DNA from: an uncultured virus (IMG/VR IMGVR_UViG_2667527966_000006)
Lineage: Duplodnaviria; Heunggongvirae; Uroviricota; Caudoviricetes
Direction: 5' to 3' (one strand)
Length of the DNA stretch: 64,000 nt
Virus record (IMG/VR): IMGVR_UViG_2667527966_000006
Shown here: one piece after another, positions 47,772-58,496 of the stretch
How positions within the stretch are numbered: the stretch's first letter is position 1
Layout: every line of letters begins with the position of its first letter
Program-made: the position numbers and the translations under genes
Notes under the pieces: model-generated
Database searches by the model: none
The model's input: the letters and a program-made list of their open reading frames with translations, nothing else
What the model was told of the DNA's origin: nothing

Positions 47772-49684
47772 AATTTTTAACGCTCGAAGTGGAAAACTTC
47801 ATGGCGCTGGCAAACGCCAAGGTCGAGCTTGATCAGCGTGGGCTGGTGCTCATCCAGGGTGTTAATGCCGGGGACTCATCGGCCGCCAGCAATGGCGCTG
47901 GCAAATCAACCCTCATGAATAGTTTGATGTGGTGTATTTATGGCGAGACATCCCATGGCGTTAAAGGTGACGACGTTCTCTCTACGGGCCATGAGAAGAA
48001 CTGTCGAGTAAAAGTCACCATTGAAGACGAAGGTAAACGCTACGCCATTATCCGTCACCGCAAGCATAAGGAATTTAAAAACCGGCTTATTGTCCGTGGC
48101 GAAGACGGCGACATGACAAAGGGTAAAGATTCGCTCACCCAGGAGTTTGTAGAGCGACTGATCGGTGCGTCAAAAGAAGTATTTATGGCATCGATCTATG
48201 CCAGTCAGGAGGCGATGCCTGATTTGCCTGGCATGTCGGATAAAAACCTCAAAACCATCGTAGAAGAGGCTGCCGGCGTCGATCGTCTCACCAAAGCCTA
48301 CGCGATTGCTCGCGAACGAGCCAACGCAGCTGCCGCACGCATGGAGACCACAAAAACCAAGATGGACGCCTGCTTGTCTCTGGTCGAATCGGCCCAGAAT
48401 GAGCTGGAGTCTGCTAAAACCTCTTCTGAAGCCTGGGAGCGAGACCGCAACGAACGGCTTGATGTCGCCCGTGCCGATCTGGTTGGAGCGGAAGTCACGC
48501 TCACTGAGGTCGAAATGGAGTTGCGCAGTCTGCCAGAGCAGATCCGTGATACTGAAAATGCCATCGGTAAAGAGCGGGAAAAACTTGCGTCCAAAGAAGA
48601 ACATGACGCCAAGCTGGTTAAGGTTCGTGGAGCGATCACTGATATACGCGCCAGCATCCGCATTACCGAAAACATCCAGAAGGAAGCGATGCAACGTGCT
48701 CGCGCATTCAAGGTGAAAGCGGAAGAAGTAAATACCAAAGTCGGGGAGCCGTGCCCTACCTGTGGCAAGGCTTATTGCGTTGAAGATCTGTCTACCGTGA
48801 AGGAGAGTTTTGTTGAACAGGCGCGCAGTGAGATCAGCCAAGCGCAGGCATCTGCAACGTCAGTGGCTAAATACCAAGAGCATCTTGAGAAGGCGCTCAA
48901 AATTGAATCATCACTTGTCGCCAGTACACCAGATGTGTCTGCCATTATTTCCCGAATCGAACAACTGACTAAAGAGCTGGGAACGCTTCGTCATCGGGAA
49001 AAAGAAGTCGTGGCTGTAGAAGCTTTGGTTGCCCGGGCGCGGAGCGAAGTAGATCGCATTACCAAAGAAATTAACCCATTTCTGGCTGTCATCAAACGCC
49101 ATGAAGAAAGCCTGGCTGCCAATAAATCTAACTATGGTGTACTTAAAACTGAGTTAAAGAATATACAGGAGCAGGCTCTGCTGCTTGATAAAGCGCGCCT
49201 GGTCTACTCTCCTGCCGGCGTTCGCTCGCATATCCTGACCTCCGTGACGCCTTTCCTGAATGCCCAGACAGCGGAATATCTCAATACACTGTCAGACGGA
49301 AACATTGTTGCGGAATGGTCAACGATGGAATCAACCAAGAAGGGCGAGTGGCGCGATAAGTTCAATATCAGCGTGCGCAAGATCGGCGCCAGCAAAACCT
49401 TCCAGACATTGTCAGGTGGCGAAAAACGCAAAGTGCGCATTGCGTGCTCCCTAGCTCTGCAGGATCTGGTGGCCAGCCGCGCGAGCAAGAACATCGAGCT
49501 GTTTATCGGTGATGAAATTGACGATGCGCTGGATACTGCCGGACTGGAGCGTCTGATGGGGATTCTGGAAGCAAAAGCGCGCGAGCGCGGCACGGTGATG
49601 ATCATTTCTCACAAAGAAATGAAGTCATGGTTCCGGGAAACCATCACAGTGGAAGTGAAAGAGGGCCGCAGCTATGTCGTTTAA
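47768..49684 (+). CDS. sbcC: Rad50/SbcC-like ATPase
   Basis: 'NGAGKST', zinc hook 'CPTCG', 'LSGGE', 'DE..DALD' and 'ISH'. Confidence 0.9.
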   Translation: MKFLTLEVENFMALANAKVELDQRGLVLIQGVNAGDSSAASNGAGKSTLMNSLMWCIYGETSHGVKGDDVLSTGHEKNCRVKVTIEDEGKRYAIIRHRKHKEFKNRLIVRGEDGDMTKGKDSLTQEFVERLIGASKEVFMASIYASQEAMPDLPGMSDKNLKTIVEEAAGVDRLTKAYAIARERANAAAARMETTKTKMDACLSLVESAQNELESAKTSSEAWERDRNERLDVARADLVGAEVTLTEVEMELRSLPEQIRDTENAIGKEREKLASKEEHDAKLVKVRGAITDIRASIRITENIQKEAMQRARAFKVKAEEVNTKVGEPCPTCGKAYCVEDLSTVKESFVEQARSEISQAQASATSVAKYQEHLEKALKIESSLVASTPDVSAIISRIEQLTKELGTLRHREKEVVAVEALVARARSEVDRITKEINPFLAVIKRHEESLAANKSNYGVLKTELKNIQEQALLLDKARLVYSPAGVRSHILTSVTPFLNAQTAEYLNTLSDGNIVAEWSTMESTKKGEWRDKFNISVRKIGASKTFQTLSGGEKRKVRIACSLALQDLVASRASKNIELFIGDEIDDALDTAGLERLMGILEAKARERGTVMIISHKEMKSWFRETITVEVKEGRSYVV

Positions 49685-50420
49685 TCTTAGCCGCACGCAG
49701 TTTTTGCAAATGTTTGCTGTGATGCAGTCATTCAGGCTGATTAACAGCTATACCGCTGCTGGGGCGGCTCCTGGTGTCGGTTGGCAAAATCTCAATATTG
49801 AGACGGAGCAGTTTACGGCTCTGAAAGATCTACTTTTCAAGACCCCGTTGATGCCAAGTCTGAAATCGATGCCGTCAGGAAGTACAGCGCCCATTCTGAT
49901 CAACCCATTTTCGGAAGGTGGCTATCTTCCACACACTGGGCCTGGGTTCGTGGTGATCCCGGAATCACCTGAGATGGTTATCAAAGATGATGCGCAGTAC
50001 GGGGCTATAGAGGCGCATACCAGCAGCGCGTTTACTAACCTGACTCGACTGGCAAATGCACGTGCTGGGCAGGTTGCAATGCCAGGCAAGGCATTTGCTG
50101 GCATCGATTTCAATTACGATACACTTGAGACATTTCCAGGAAGAGGCAAATTAAGCTTTGAGACTGAAGATGGCGATAAGGCAATGGTTGAGCCCTCTGT
50201 CCCCTATGTACTTCGTTTTAACGGGATGGTTGCGCGTAAGCTGATAGATATCATGTCCTACTTCATCGGGCAGAGCATGATCGACGCAGACATAGAAAAT
50301 GGTGTGCTGACCAGTGACAACATACATGTGGTGAGCCGCATTCCAGAGCCCGTTCGCAAGTCTCCAGTTAAAACCCTGGAAGAGAAATTAATGGAATGCC
50401 CGGTATGGGCAACATGGTAA
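49674..50420 (+). CDS. Hypothetical protein ending in VWATW
   Basis: 248-aa ORF within the operon. Confidence 0.65.
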   Translation: MSFNLSRTQFLQMFAVMQSFRLINSYTAAGAAPGVGWQNLNIETEQFTALKDLLFKTPLMPSLKSMPSGSTAPILINPFSEGGYLPHTGPGFVVIPESPEMVIKDDAQYGAIEAHTSSAFTNLTRLANARAGQVAMPGKAFAGIDFNYDTLETFPGRGKLSFETEDGDKAMVEPSVPYVLRFNGMVARKLIDIMSYFIGQSMIDADIENGVLTSDNIHVVSRIPEPVRKSPVKTLEEKLMECPVWATW

Positions 50421-50429
50421 GGAAACTCT

Positions 50430-50999
50430 ATGAGTAAAGTGATCAAAGTAGTTGGCGTCGACCCTTCAATGAGCAACTTCGGGCTGGCCATTGGTACGCT
50501 GGATCTGGATACAGACAAACTTGAAATCCATGGTCTTGAACTGGTTGAAACCAAAGCCGGCGGAACGAAGAAAACCGTCAGAGTAAACAGCGATGATCTG
50601 CGCCGGGCCAAAGAGATCTGGCGCACCGCCAGGCCCATCATTGAACAGGCCCACATAGTGTTTTGTGAACTGCCGGTAGGTAGTCAAAGCTCTCGCGCGC
50701 AGACTTCTTACGGTGTGTGTATCGGAGTTCTTGCTTGCGTTGATAAGCCACTTATCCAGGTTACGCCAAATGAAATTAAGCACTACGTCGGGAATAAACT
50801 GACCACATCTAAAGAAGAGATCATCCAGTGGGCGATTACAAAACAGCCTGATGCCCCTTGGTTGCGTCGGAAACAAGCGGGGAAAGATGTACTCGTTGCC
50901 AAGAATGAGCACCTGGCTGATGCCATAGCTTCGATATATTCTGGAATGCAGACAGACCAGTTCCGACAAGTCCGCGACGTTCTTAAAGGGATTTTATAA
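50430..50999 (+). CDS. RuvC-like Holliday junction resolvase
   Basis: 'VGVDPS..NFG', 'E.P', 'P.E.K...G.....K' and 'EHLADA'. Confidence 0.75.
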   Translation: MSKVIKVVGVDPSMSNFGLAIGTLDLDTDKLEIHGLELVETKAGGTKKTVRVNSDDLRRAKEIWRTARPIIEQAHIVFCELPVGSQSSRAQTSYGVCIGVLACVDKPLIQVTPNEIKHYVGNKLTTSKEEIIQWAITKQPDAPWLRRKQAGKDVLVAKNEHLADAIASIYSGMQTDQFRQVRDVLKGIL

Positions 51000-51074
51000 T
51001 CCTCAATTGATAGGTAAGTACTTATTTAATACTATAGGCCACTACATTTAGTGGCCTTTTTTGATGGGTGATAC

Positions 51075-53378
51075 ATGATAAGGATTGTCAAACGTAATGG
51101 CTCCACAGAGCCGCTATCCGAAGAGAAGTACAACCGCGTCGTGATGTGGGGGGTAGAAGGTATACGTAACGTAAGCGCCTCTGCCGTAGCCATGGGCGCC
51201 GCCGCGAGCATTTTTGACGGCATGACAACTTCGCAGCTTCATGAGGCATTGGTTAAGTCGGCTGCAGATCTGATTTCGCCTGAAACTCCGAACTACTCCC
51301 AGGTCGCAGCACGCCTGAACATGTTCAAAATTCGCAAAGATGCCTTCGGCGAATACGCTTACCCAAGTTTCTATCATCATATCGTCAGCAACGTCAGCCG
51401 CGGCGTTTACGATGAGGATTTGCTTAAGTTTTACTCCCGCGAAGAGATCGCAGAACTTGGCGTGTATATCAAACCCATGCGTGACGAACTCTTTGGTTAT
51501 GCCGCGACTGTTCAGCTGGCGAGTAAGTACCTCGTCCAGAACCGAGTCACCGGCGAAATCTACGAAGCCCCGCAGCAGCTGTATATGCTGGTGGGTATGT
51601 GTCTTTTCCAGAATTGGGAAGATGGTTGTGCCGGCAAAACACGTCTGGAAATGGTGAAGGGGTTCTATGACGTCACCAGTACATTCAAATTGTCTCTGCC
51701 CACCCCAATCATGGCCGGCGTCCGTACCCCGACGCGCCAGTTCTCCAGCTGCGTTCTGATTGAGTCCGAAGACAGTTTGAAAGGGATCAGCGCTGCATCC
51801 TCTGCCATTATCGATTACGTGTCGCGTCGTGCTGGCATTGGGATTGGTTTTGGCCGCCTGCGTGCATTGGGGAGTGAGATCCGCAATGGAGAAGCAACCC
51901 ACACTGGCGTAATCCCATTTCTGAAACACTTCCAGACCGCTGTGAAATCATGCTCGCAGGGTGGCGTTCGCGGCGGCGCAGCGACGGCTTTCTACCCTAT
52001 TTGGCATCTGGAAGTTGAAAGTCTGCTGGTGTTGAAGAATAACCGTGGCATCGAGGAGAACCGTGTTCGTCATCTGGACTATGGCGTAATGATCAACCGC
52101 CTTATGTATCGCCGCCTGGTACGCAACGAGAATATTACGCTGTTCAGCCCGCATGATGTGCCGGGGCTCTATGATGCTTTCTTTGTCGATCAGGACAAAT
52201 TCGAAGCGCTGTACCTGCAATATGAAGCTGATGAGAGCATCCGCAAGAAATCCGTTCCCGCTGTTGATCTGTTCTCAACCCTGATGCAGGAACGAGCCTC
52301 TACCGGCCGCGTGTATATTGCGAACGTTGACCATATGAACGAACACGGCGCCTTCGATCCGAAAGTCGCTCCAGTTCACCAGTCAAACTTATGCATGGAG
52401 ATTACGCTGCCAACTAAACCGCTGGCGTTTACCGATGACGCCGATGGTGAGATCGCCCTTTGCACGCTGTCTGCGTTTAATCTGGGGGCATTACGCTCAC
52501 TGGATACGCTGAAAGAGGTCGCCTTCTATGCGGTGGCTGCGCTCGATTCCCTACTCGACTATCAGGATTACCCGATGGCCGCAGCGGAAATTCCGGCAAA
52601 AGCACGTCGTAGTTTGGGCGTCGGCGTTACCAATCTTGCGTACTATCTGGCGAAGAACGGATTTAACTACTCTGATCCGGCCGGCAACCAGCTGGTGCAT
52701 GAAACGTTTGAAGCGATCCAGTATTACCTGCTTGATGCAAGTTGCCGGCTGGCGGAAGCCAAAGGCGCCTGTGATTGGTTTTCCCAAACTAAATATGCCC
52801 AGGGACAGCTGCCGATTGACCATTACCGCAAGTCGCTTGACGCTAACCCTGATACGTCCTTTGAGCTGAAAATGCCGTGGGAAGAGCTGCGTGGCCGCAT
52901 ACGCGAATATGGTCTGCGTAACTCTACCCTGACAGCTCAGATGCCGTGCGAAACGTCCAGCCAAATCACCAACTCCACAAATGGTATCGAACCGCCGCGT
53001 GGCCCTGTTTCCGTGAAATCATCCAAAGACGGCATTGTGAAAATGGTGGTTCCGGACTTTGCGGCACTGAAAGATCAGTACGAGTACCTTTGGGATATGC
53101 CGGATAACCGCGGCTATCTGACCAAAGTTGCGATCATTCAGAAGTTCTTTGACCAGGCTATTTCAGCCAACACCAACTATGACCCTACTCGCTTCCCGGG
53201 CGACAAGGTTCCAATGATGAAGTTGCTTGAAGATCTGCTCTTCGCTTATCAGCAAGGCGTGAAGACGCTTTATTACCACAACACACGAGATGGTGCCGGT
53301 AAGCGTGAAGACGATGATCTGGCCTCTGTTGCGTTGGTTGAGCCAGAAGATGAGTGCGATGGCGCATGCAAAATCTAA
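51075..53378 (+). CDS. nrdA: Ribonucleotide reductase class Ia alpha
   Basis: ATP cone 'IVKRNG', 'TRQFSSC', 'SQGGVRGG', 'QSNLCME' and C-terminal 'C.GACKI'. Confidence 0.97.
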   Translation: MIRIVKRNGSTEPLSEEKYNRVVMWGVEGIRNVSASAVAMGAAASIFDGMTTSQLHEALVKSAADLISPETPNYSQVAARLNMFKIRKDAFGEYAYPSFYHHIVSNVSRGVYDEDLLKFYSREEIAELGVYIKPMRDELFGYAATVQLASKYLVQNRVTGEIYEAPQQLYMLVGMCLFQNWEDGCAGKTRLEMVKGFYDVTSTFKLSLPTPIMAGVRTPTRQFSSCVLIESEDSLKGISAASSAIIDYVSRRAGIGIGFGRLRALGSEIRNGEATHTGVIPFLKHFQTAVKSCSQGGVRGGAATAFYPIWHLEVESLLVLKNNRGIEENRVRHLDYGVMINRLMYRRLVRNENITLFSPHDVPGLYDAFFVDQDKFEALYLQYEADESIRKKSVPAVDLFSTLMQERASTGRVYIANVDHMNEHGAFDPKVAPVHQSNLCMEITLPTKPLAFTDDADGEIALCTLSAFNLGALRSLDTLKEVAFYAVAALDSLLDYQDYPMAAAEIPAKARRSLGVGVTNLAYYLAKNGFNYSDPAGNQLVHETFEAIQYYLLDASCRLAEAKGACDWFSQTKYAQGQLPIDHYRKSLDANPDTSFELKMPWEELRGRIREYGLRNSTLTAQMPCETSSQITNSTNGIEPPRGPVSVKSSKDGIVKMVVPDFAALKDQYEYLWDMPDNRGYLTKVAIIQKFFDQAISANTNYDPTRFPGDKVPMMKLLEDLLFAYQQGVKTLYYHNTRDGAGKREDDDLASVALVEPEDECDGACKI

Positions 53379-53508
53379 TAAGCGTGGGGAGATATCCCCA
53401 CCTTTCACTTCATTGAATGCCTCATTTTAACCAATAAGATAATAATTTGTTTAGAAGCGCATCTAATTAAATTGTTTAATAATACCGATAACATTCAAAG
53501 GGAAACAC

Positions 53509-54651
53509 ATGAGTTACTCCACTTTCCGTTTGGGCGCTAACGACGCAACCAAAGAGCCTATGTTCCTCGGGCAGTCTGTCAACGTTGCGCGCTACGATCA
53601 GCAGAAGTACCGCGATTTCGAAAAGCTGATCGAAAAACAACTCTCCTTCTTCTGGCGCCCGGAAGAAGTCGACATAACCACCGATCGCATCGATTTCAAT
53701 ACGAAGCTGCAAGAGCATGAGCGACACATTTTCCTGAGCAACCTCCGTTACCAGACTCTGCTGGATTCCGTTCAGGGACGCAGCCCAAACGCAACGCTGC
53801 TGCCGCTTATTTCAATTCCAGAGCTCGAAACGTGGGTGGAAACATGGTCGTTCTCTGAAACCATTCACAGCCGCAGCTACACCCACATTATTCGCGGTAT
53901 GGTGGATGATCCGAGCATTGTCTTCGATGGCATTGTGACCGACGAGGAAATTATCAGCCGGGCTATCAGTATCTCTACAGAGTACGACAAGCTCTATGAG
54001 ATGACCTGCGCGCGCCAGCACCTGGGAGAAGATGAATTCGAACGGCTCTACGTCTCCGAATTTGACGGAAAGCCCTACCCTCTCCAGCGCCAGCTGTTCC
54101 GTACTTTGGTATCCATCAACGCTCTGGAGGCCATTCGTTTTTACGTTAGCTTCGCCTGTACGTTTGCTTTTGGAGAAAGGAAATTACTTGAGGGCAACAC
54201 CAAAATCATGCGTTTCATTGCGCGCGATGAGGCGCTTCATTGCGAAGGCACAGAACGAATGCTCCGGTTTATGCGTACAGGCCGCGAAGGCTTGCTATGG
54301 GCCCAGATCGCTGCGGATGAGGAACCATTCATCTATCAGACCATGATGGACGTTGCCGAACAGGAAATGCGCTGGGCAGATTATCTGTTTAAAGACGGCT
54401 CAATGATTGGTTTAAACGCCGATATCCTGAAAAGCTATGTTAAATACCGAACCAATCTTGCGATGCGCCGTCTTGGCCTGAAACCACTGTACCCGGAGAT
54501 AAAAGATGACCCGCTGGTGTGGATGAACAAATGGCTGTTGTCCGACACCTTGCAGATTGCACCGCAGGAAGCTGAGCAAAGCACTTATCTCGTTGGCCAG
54601 ATTGACTCCGCTGTTGATCGCGCTGGCCTAAGCCAGTTTGCCGATTTGTAA
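53509..54651 (+). CDS. nrdB: Ribonucleotide reductase class Ia beta
   Basis: 'FFWRPEEVD', '[10 protein letters not shown]', '[11 protein letters not shown]' and 'RDEALH'. Confidence 0.97.
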   Translation: MSYSTFRLGANDATKEPMFLGQSVNVARYDQQKYRDFEKLIEKQLSFFWRPEEVDITTDRIDFNTKLQEHERHIFLSNLRYQTLLDSVQGRSPNATLLPLISIPELETWVETWSFSETIHSRSYTHIIRGMVDDPSIVFDGIVTDEEIISRAISISTEYDKLYEMTCARQHLGEDEFERLYVSEFDGKPYPLQRQLFRTLVSINALEAIRFYVSFACTFAFGERKLLEGNTKIMRFIARDEALHCEGTERMLRFMRTGREGLLWAQIAADEEPFIYQTMMDVAEQEMRWADYLFKDGSMIGLNADILKSYVKYRTNLAMRRLGLKPLYPEIKDDPLVWMNKWLLSDTLQIAPQEAEQSTYLVGQIDSAVDRAGLSQFADL

Positions 54652-54728
54652 GCCTGGATAAAGATTTTGTGGCCTGGTCGCTCTGGGCCACAATGAACGC
54701 GAAAAAAAGCACTAAGGAAAGATAAAGC

Positions 54729-55604
54729 ATGAAATTAACGAAACTGACCGACCATCTCAAGCTGGCCACCGATAAACTGGTGGGCTTCAAACCAGAGCCA
54801 TATGAGCTGAACCCCGGTTTTGGAGAAGCGACAGAGAGTATTTACAAGATGGTTGACCAGTTCCACGAGCTGTTTCAGCACCCGCGTCGTGTAATGCCCA
54901 CTCCGGAGCTGCTGCGCCTGCGCGCTAAGCTGATCCATGAAGAGGCGGTAGAAGAAGGGCTGCCTGCAGCGAAAAAGGGGGATATGCAGGGATTGCTGGA
55001 TGCAATGGCTGACTTCCTGTATGTGGGTGTCGGGACGATGGTAGCCATCAAAGGTGGGCTATCAACTGGCATGAGCTATTACACTCAGGAGCAAAGCGTC
55101 GATCGCTTTATTCATACCATTATGGTGCCTGGAAATACCGTCTTCGACGATATGGCCATCCCCTTCAATGAAGCAGAAGAAGCTGCGCTTATGTTGGCCG
55201 CGCTGGCCGATAAACTTGAACATAACAAGGTAGGTGATGCTGAGCTGATTCAGGATCTGCGCCGCGTGATGAACAAAATCTATGTGGCGTGCATGATGGT
55301 GTATCGCCTGGCTGAATTCCTTGGCGTCGACGTCGTGGAGCTGGTGGCGGAGATCCACCGTTCTAATATGACAAAGCTGTGGCCGGCGGATGCTGAAGCG
55401 CGTCGTCTTGCCGTTGAGAACTATAAATATGATAAGAATGATCTCGGATTCCGCCATGCTGACGGCACTGACATGATGATCGGCTATCGCCTGTCTGATG
55501 GAAAAATCCTTAAATCGCCGACATATAGCGATGTCGATCTGTCTCGTTTCCTTGAGCAAGCACAGGCATCTTCGCTGTATGAAGTGGTTAAAAACAGCTT
55601 GTAA
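54729..55604 (+). CDS. MazG-like/PRA-PH nucleotide pyrophosphohydrolase
   Basis: 'LI.EE..E', 'DA.AD..YV', 'IH.SNM.K' and 'DGKILK.P.Y'. Confidence 0.75.
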   Translation: MKLTKLTDHLKLATDKLVGFKPEPYELNPGFGEATESIYKMVDQFHELFQHPRRVMPTPELLRLRAKLIHEEAVEEGLPAAKKGDMQGLLDAMADFLYVGVGTMVAIKGGLSTGMSYYTQEQSVDRFIHTIMVPGNTVFDDMAIPFNEAEEAALMLAALADKLEHNKVGDAELIQDLRRVMNKIYVACMMVYRLAEFLGVDVVELVAEIHRSNMTKLWPADAEARRLAVENYKYDKNDLGFRHADGTDMMIGYRLSDGKILKSPTYSDVDLSRFLEQAQASSLYEVVKNSL

Positions 55605-55797
55605 GTACTAACTTATCAATATATATTGAAATGGACGTGTGATCTATTGTCCATTTCTATCCTTATCAATCTTTATTTTCGATAAAGTTGAGCGTTGGTG
55701 GCCCCGTGGCCACCATTTTTTTACTTAATTTCTAGCCTGGATGTCTTCTCTGTGTTTAAAATGATAGGTATGTACTTACTTATTATTTGAGGTCATC

Positions 55798-56901
55798 TTG
55801 TCTTTTTTACTTAATCGAGAATTCAGTAACGGTCAGCTGGCTTCGAGCTCTTATGGCCGTGTCATTCAGACCGTTGTTGATACCGGCGTTCCTTCCGAAG
55901 ATCGCACCGGCACCGGTACGCTTGGCGTTTCTTATGTGCCTTCCTACTACATGCTTACCGGCGGGGCTGTTCCGCTCATTTCTTCAAAACAGGTAAACCT
56001 TAAACCGCTACTGGTTGAGCTTGAATGGTATTTACAAGGTTCAGGCAACATTGGGTTCCTTAAAGAGCATGGTGTGAAGATCTGGGATGCTTGGGCCGAC
56101 GATAATGGCGATTTAGGGCCTGTATATGGCAAGCAATGGCGCCGATGGGAGGACACCAGGATTGTCCCTTACAGTGAGTATCGCCTTAAGGAGGACATCT
56201 TCATGGAACGTGGTTATCGCGTTGAAGGTTACATTGGGCTGAATGAAGACCGCGTCGTTATCACCCGTGAAATCGATCAGTTACAACGTATGGTTGATCA
56301 GTTGCGCAACAACCCGACCGATCGCCGCATCCTGCTTAATGCCTGGAATGTTGGTGAGCTGGAGGATATGAAGCTTCCACCTTGCCACTTTGTGTTATCC
56401 GTATGGAGTCGTGAGCTCGATTTCCAGACCCGTTTGTCTATGGCCACCGATATTGGCATCCAGCATAACCGGCATGGCTATGAATCGATCTATACCCAGA
56501 TGCTTTGCCTGATAGAGCAGCGAGGCAGTATCTCTGAGCCAATGCTGGATGAGCTTGGTATCCCTAAACGTATCCTGAACTCCTGCCTGGTGCAGCGGAG
56601 TGTCGATACTTTCCTTGGTATGCCATTCAATATTGCCGGTTACGGCATCCTCACGCAGTTCATTGCGAAGATTACGGGTCACATGGCTGGCGCCTTCGTC
56701 CATTTCGGCTTTGATGTTCACATTTACAACAACCACTTGGAGCAGGTTGAAGAGCTACTGGCTCGCGAACATCCGGAGTCGTCCGACCCCATCGTCGTCT
56801 TCCCGCACGAATGGGAAGAGCTGGATGACTTCAAATGGGACGGCGTGCAGATCTTCGGCTACGAACCACTTCCATGGATTAAGGCTCCAGTGGCGGTGTG
56901 A
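55798..56901 (+). CDS. thyA: Thymidylate synthase
   Basis: 'DRTGTG', 'IWDAW', 'GPVYG.QWR', 'LPPCH', 'QRS.D.FLG.PFN' and 'HIY.NH'; TTG start after GAGG. Confidence 0.93.
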   Translation: MSFLLNREFSNGQLASSSYGRVIQTVVDTGVPSEDRTGTGTLGVSYVPSYYMLTGGAVPLISSKQVNLKPLLVELEWYLQGSGNIGFLKEHGVKIWDAWADDNGDLGPVYGKQWRRWEDTRIVPYSEYRLKEDIFMERGYRVEGYIGLNEDRVVITREIDQLQRMVDQLRNNPTDRRILLNAWNVGELEDMKLPPCHFVLSVWSRELDFQTRLSMATDIGIQHNRHGYESIYTQMLCLIEQRGSISEPMLDELGIPKRILNSCLVQRSVDTFLGMPFNIAGYGILTQFIAKITGHMAGAFVHFGFDVHIYNNHLEQVEELLAREHPESSDPIVVFPHEWEELDDFKWDGVQIFGYEPLPWIKAPVAV

Positions 56902-56902
56902 T

Positions 56903-57316
56903 ATGGCCAGAGGCATGTATGTGTTATGTGAAATTGAAGATGTGCTGGCGAGAGCCGGCCATCGTAAAGCCGCTGCTGATGAAAACGCAGACACTCTCGT
57001 TGCAGGTGATGAGCTCATATTCCCCACCAGCCGCATGTTGCGTGGCTTTGCTCGCTCCGGTGCTGAAGTGGTGCTTATCAGCCACCGTCCGGAAGCGCTC
57101 GAAAGCGCAACCAAAAAATGGCTGAGAGATTTCGGCATTGATTATGACTGGCTGCACCTGGCACCACGTGGAGTCAATTACGAAACCCATATAAAGCGCA
57201 CGCTTGCCGCGCATAAAGATGATCTGATGATCGCGGCACTGGTGAGTTCGTCACGCCTACGAGCCGCTCTGTCTGGTTTCCACCAGCGCCCGGTATTGTA
57301 TGAGGTGTCTCAATGA
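56903..57316 (+). CDS. HAD-like (PNK-phosphatase-type) protein, degenerate motif I
   Basis: 'VLCEIEDVLA...HR', 'S.RPE....T..WL' and 'YD.L.L.P'. Confidence 0.55.
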   Translation: MARGMYVLCEIEDVLARAGHRKAAADENADTLVAGDELIFPTSRMLRGFARSGAEVVLISHRPEALESATKKWLRDFGIDYDWLHLAPRGVNYETHIKRTLAAHKDDLMIAALVSSSRLRAALSGFHQRPVLYEVSQ

Positions 57317-57789
57317 AGATGATTGCAGCTGTCGGTCGCAATTATGAGATCGGTAGAGGAAACGAACTCCCCTGGCGCTGCCCCTCAGAGTTAAAACTGT
57401 TCAGGGAGCTCACCACAAACGCCACAGTCGTCATGGGCAGAAAGACAATGGAAAGTCTTAAGCGCCCGCTTCCGGAGCGCCACAACGTCGTTCTGACGCG
57501 CTCATCTGGGTTCATGCCCAATGGTTTTTACCCTGCCACTATGGACGATGTAATGCAGCTTGATGGTCCCGTTTGGGTTATCGGCGGTGCGCAGATCTAT
57601 TCTCTGTTTCTGCCTCACGTCGAGGAACTCTGGTTATCGCATATGGGCGTAGACGTTCCTGACAGTGATGCTCATTTTCCGCGGCAAATGATGCGTAATC
57701 TCGGCTTCTTTCCTGTGTTAACGGCTCATACACAACGGGGAACGGAGGATGAGCCCGGCTTCAAACAGATTGTTTACAGAAGGTGGTAA
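57313..57789 (+). CDS. folA: Dihydrofolate reductase
   Basis: 'IG..NELPW', 'VMGRKT.ES..RPLP.R.N.VL', 'VIGGAQIY' and 'D..FP'. Confidence 0.93.
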   Translation: MKMIAAVGRNYEIGRGNELPWRCPSELKLFRELTTNATVVMGRKTMESLKRPLPERHNVVLTRSSGFMPNGFYPATMDDVMQLDGPVWVIGGAQIYSLFLPHVEELWLSHMGVDVPDSDAHFPRQMMRNLGFFPVLTAHTQRGTEDEPGFKQIVYRRW

Positions 57790-58433
57790 TGGATTACCGA
57801 ATTGGGATCACTGGCGCTCAGGGCAGTGGAAAAACAACCCTGGCAAAGTTTATCGACGAGCATTACGGCATTCCGTATGTGGATGCTGGCGTCGGCGCAC
57901 TGATGACAAGGCTTGGAGTCAACGTAGGCGATCCAATGCCGCTCTTTGAGCGTCTGCAGGTGCAGATGGAAGTTGCCCGCCATATTGAGCTGGTAACACG
58001 CGGAGCGGAAGGTTTTGTAATAGACCGTACGCCTGCTGATGTGATGGCTTATACGCTCGATTTGGTAGGCCAGACCAATGACAAACGATGTATTGATCTG
58101 GCGCTGGAAATTGAGCGCTTTTGCCACAAGACCGCGTTGTCCAATTTTAATGCCATTGCGGGGCTGCGCCCGGGCGTGAATTTGAGAGCACAAGATTATG
58201 AACGAGCCCAGAGAGGTTCGCTTGATCGTCTTTATGTCGCTCGTATCGACTCGTTGATGTGTGGCGAGCTGACAAAAATTAACTCTCTGGCCAAATCCGG
58301 AGATCTGCAGGTTTTCGTCCTGTCGGGAACCTGCATTTCCGTTGACGCAAGAGCACGCTCGATCATGCGAGTAATCGACCGCCATGTGGAACGTATAGAG
58401 AGCCGTATCTCAAATCGCGTCACCTTCCACTGA
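57789..58433 (+). CDS. P-loop nucleotide kinase-like (AAA_28) protein
   Basis: 'GITGAQGSGKTTLA' and 'DRTPAD...Y'. Confidence 0.7.
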   Translation: MDYRIGITGAQGSGKTTLAKFIDEHYGIPYVDAGVGALMTRLGVNVGDPMPLFERLQVQMEVARHIELVTRGAEGFVIDRTPADVMAYTLDLVGQTNDKRCIDLALEIERFCHKTALSNFNAIAGLRPGVNLRAQDYERAQRGSLDRLYVARIDSLMCGELTKINSLAKSGDLQVFVLSGTCISVDARARSIMRVIDRHVERIESRISNRVTFH

Positions 58434-58496
58434 TTCTTGTTCCCCTGTGAAGGAATGCCAGAATAACGTCACCAAAAATAGTTTCAGGAAAACAGA

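Noticed and set aside
56401..56412. GTATGGAGTCGT as a further recombinase arm
   Set aside because: Two mismatches and no extension; compatible with chance.
56600..56902. 5' extension of the HAD-like ORF
   Set aside because: Overlaps thyA in another frame; the start at 56903 is more plausible.
57313..57789. Acquired trimethoprim-resistance dfrA gene
   Set aside because: Sits in a phage thyA operon with no integron or IS context; resistance cannot be inferred from the sequence.
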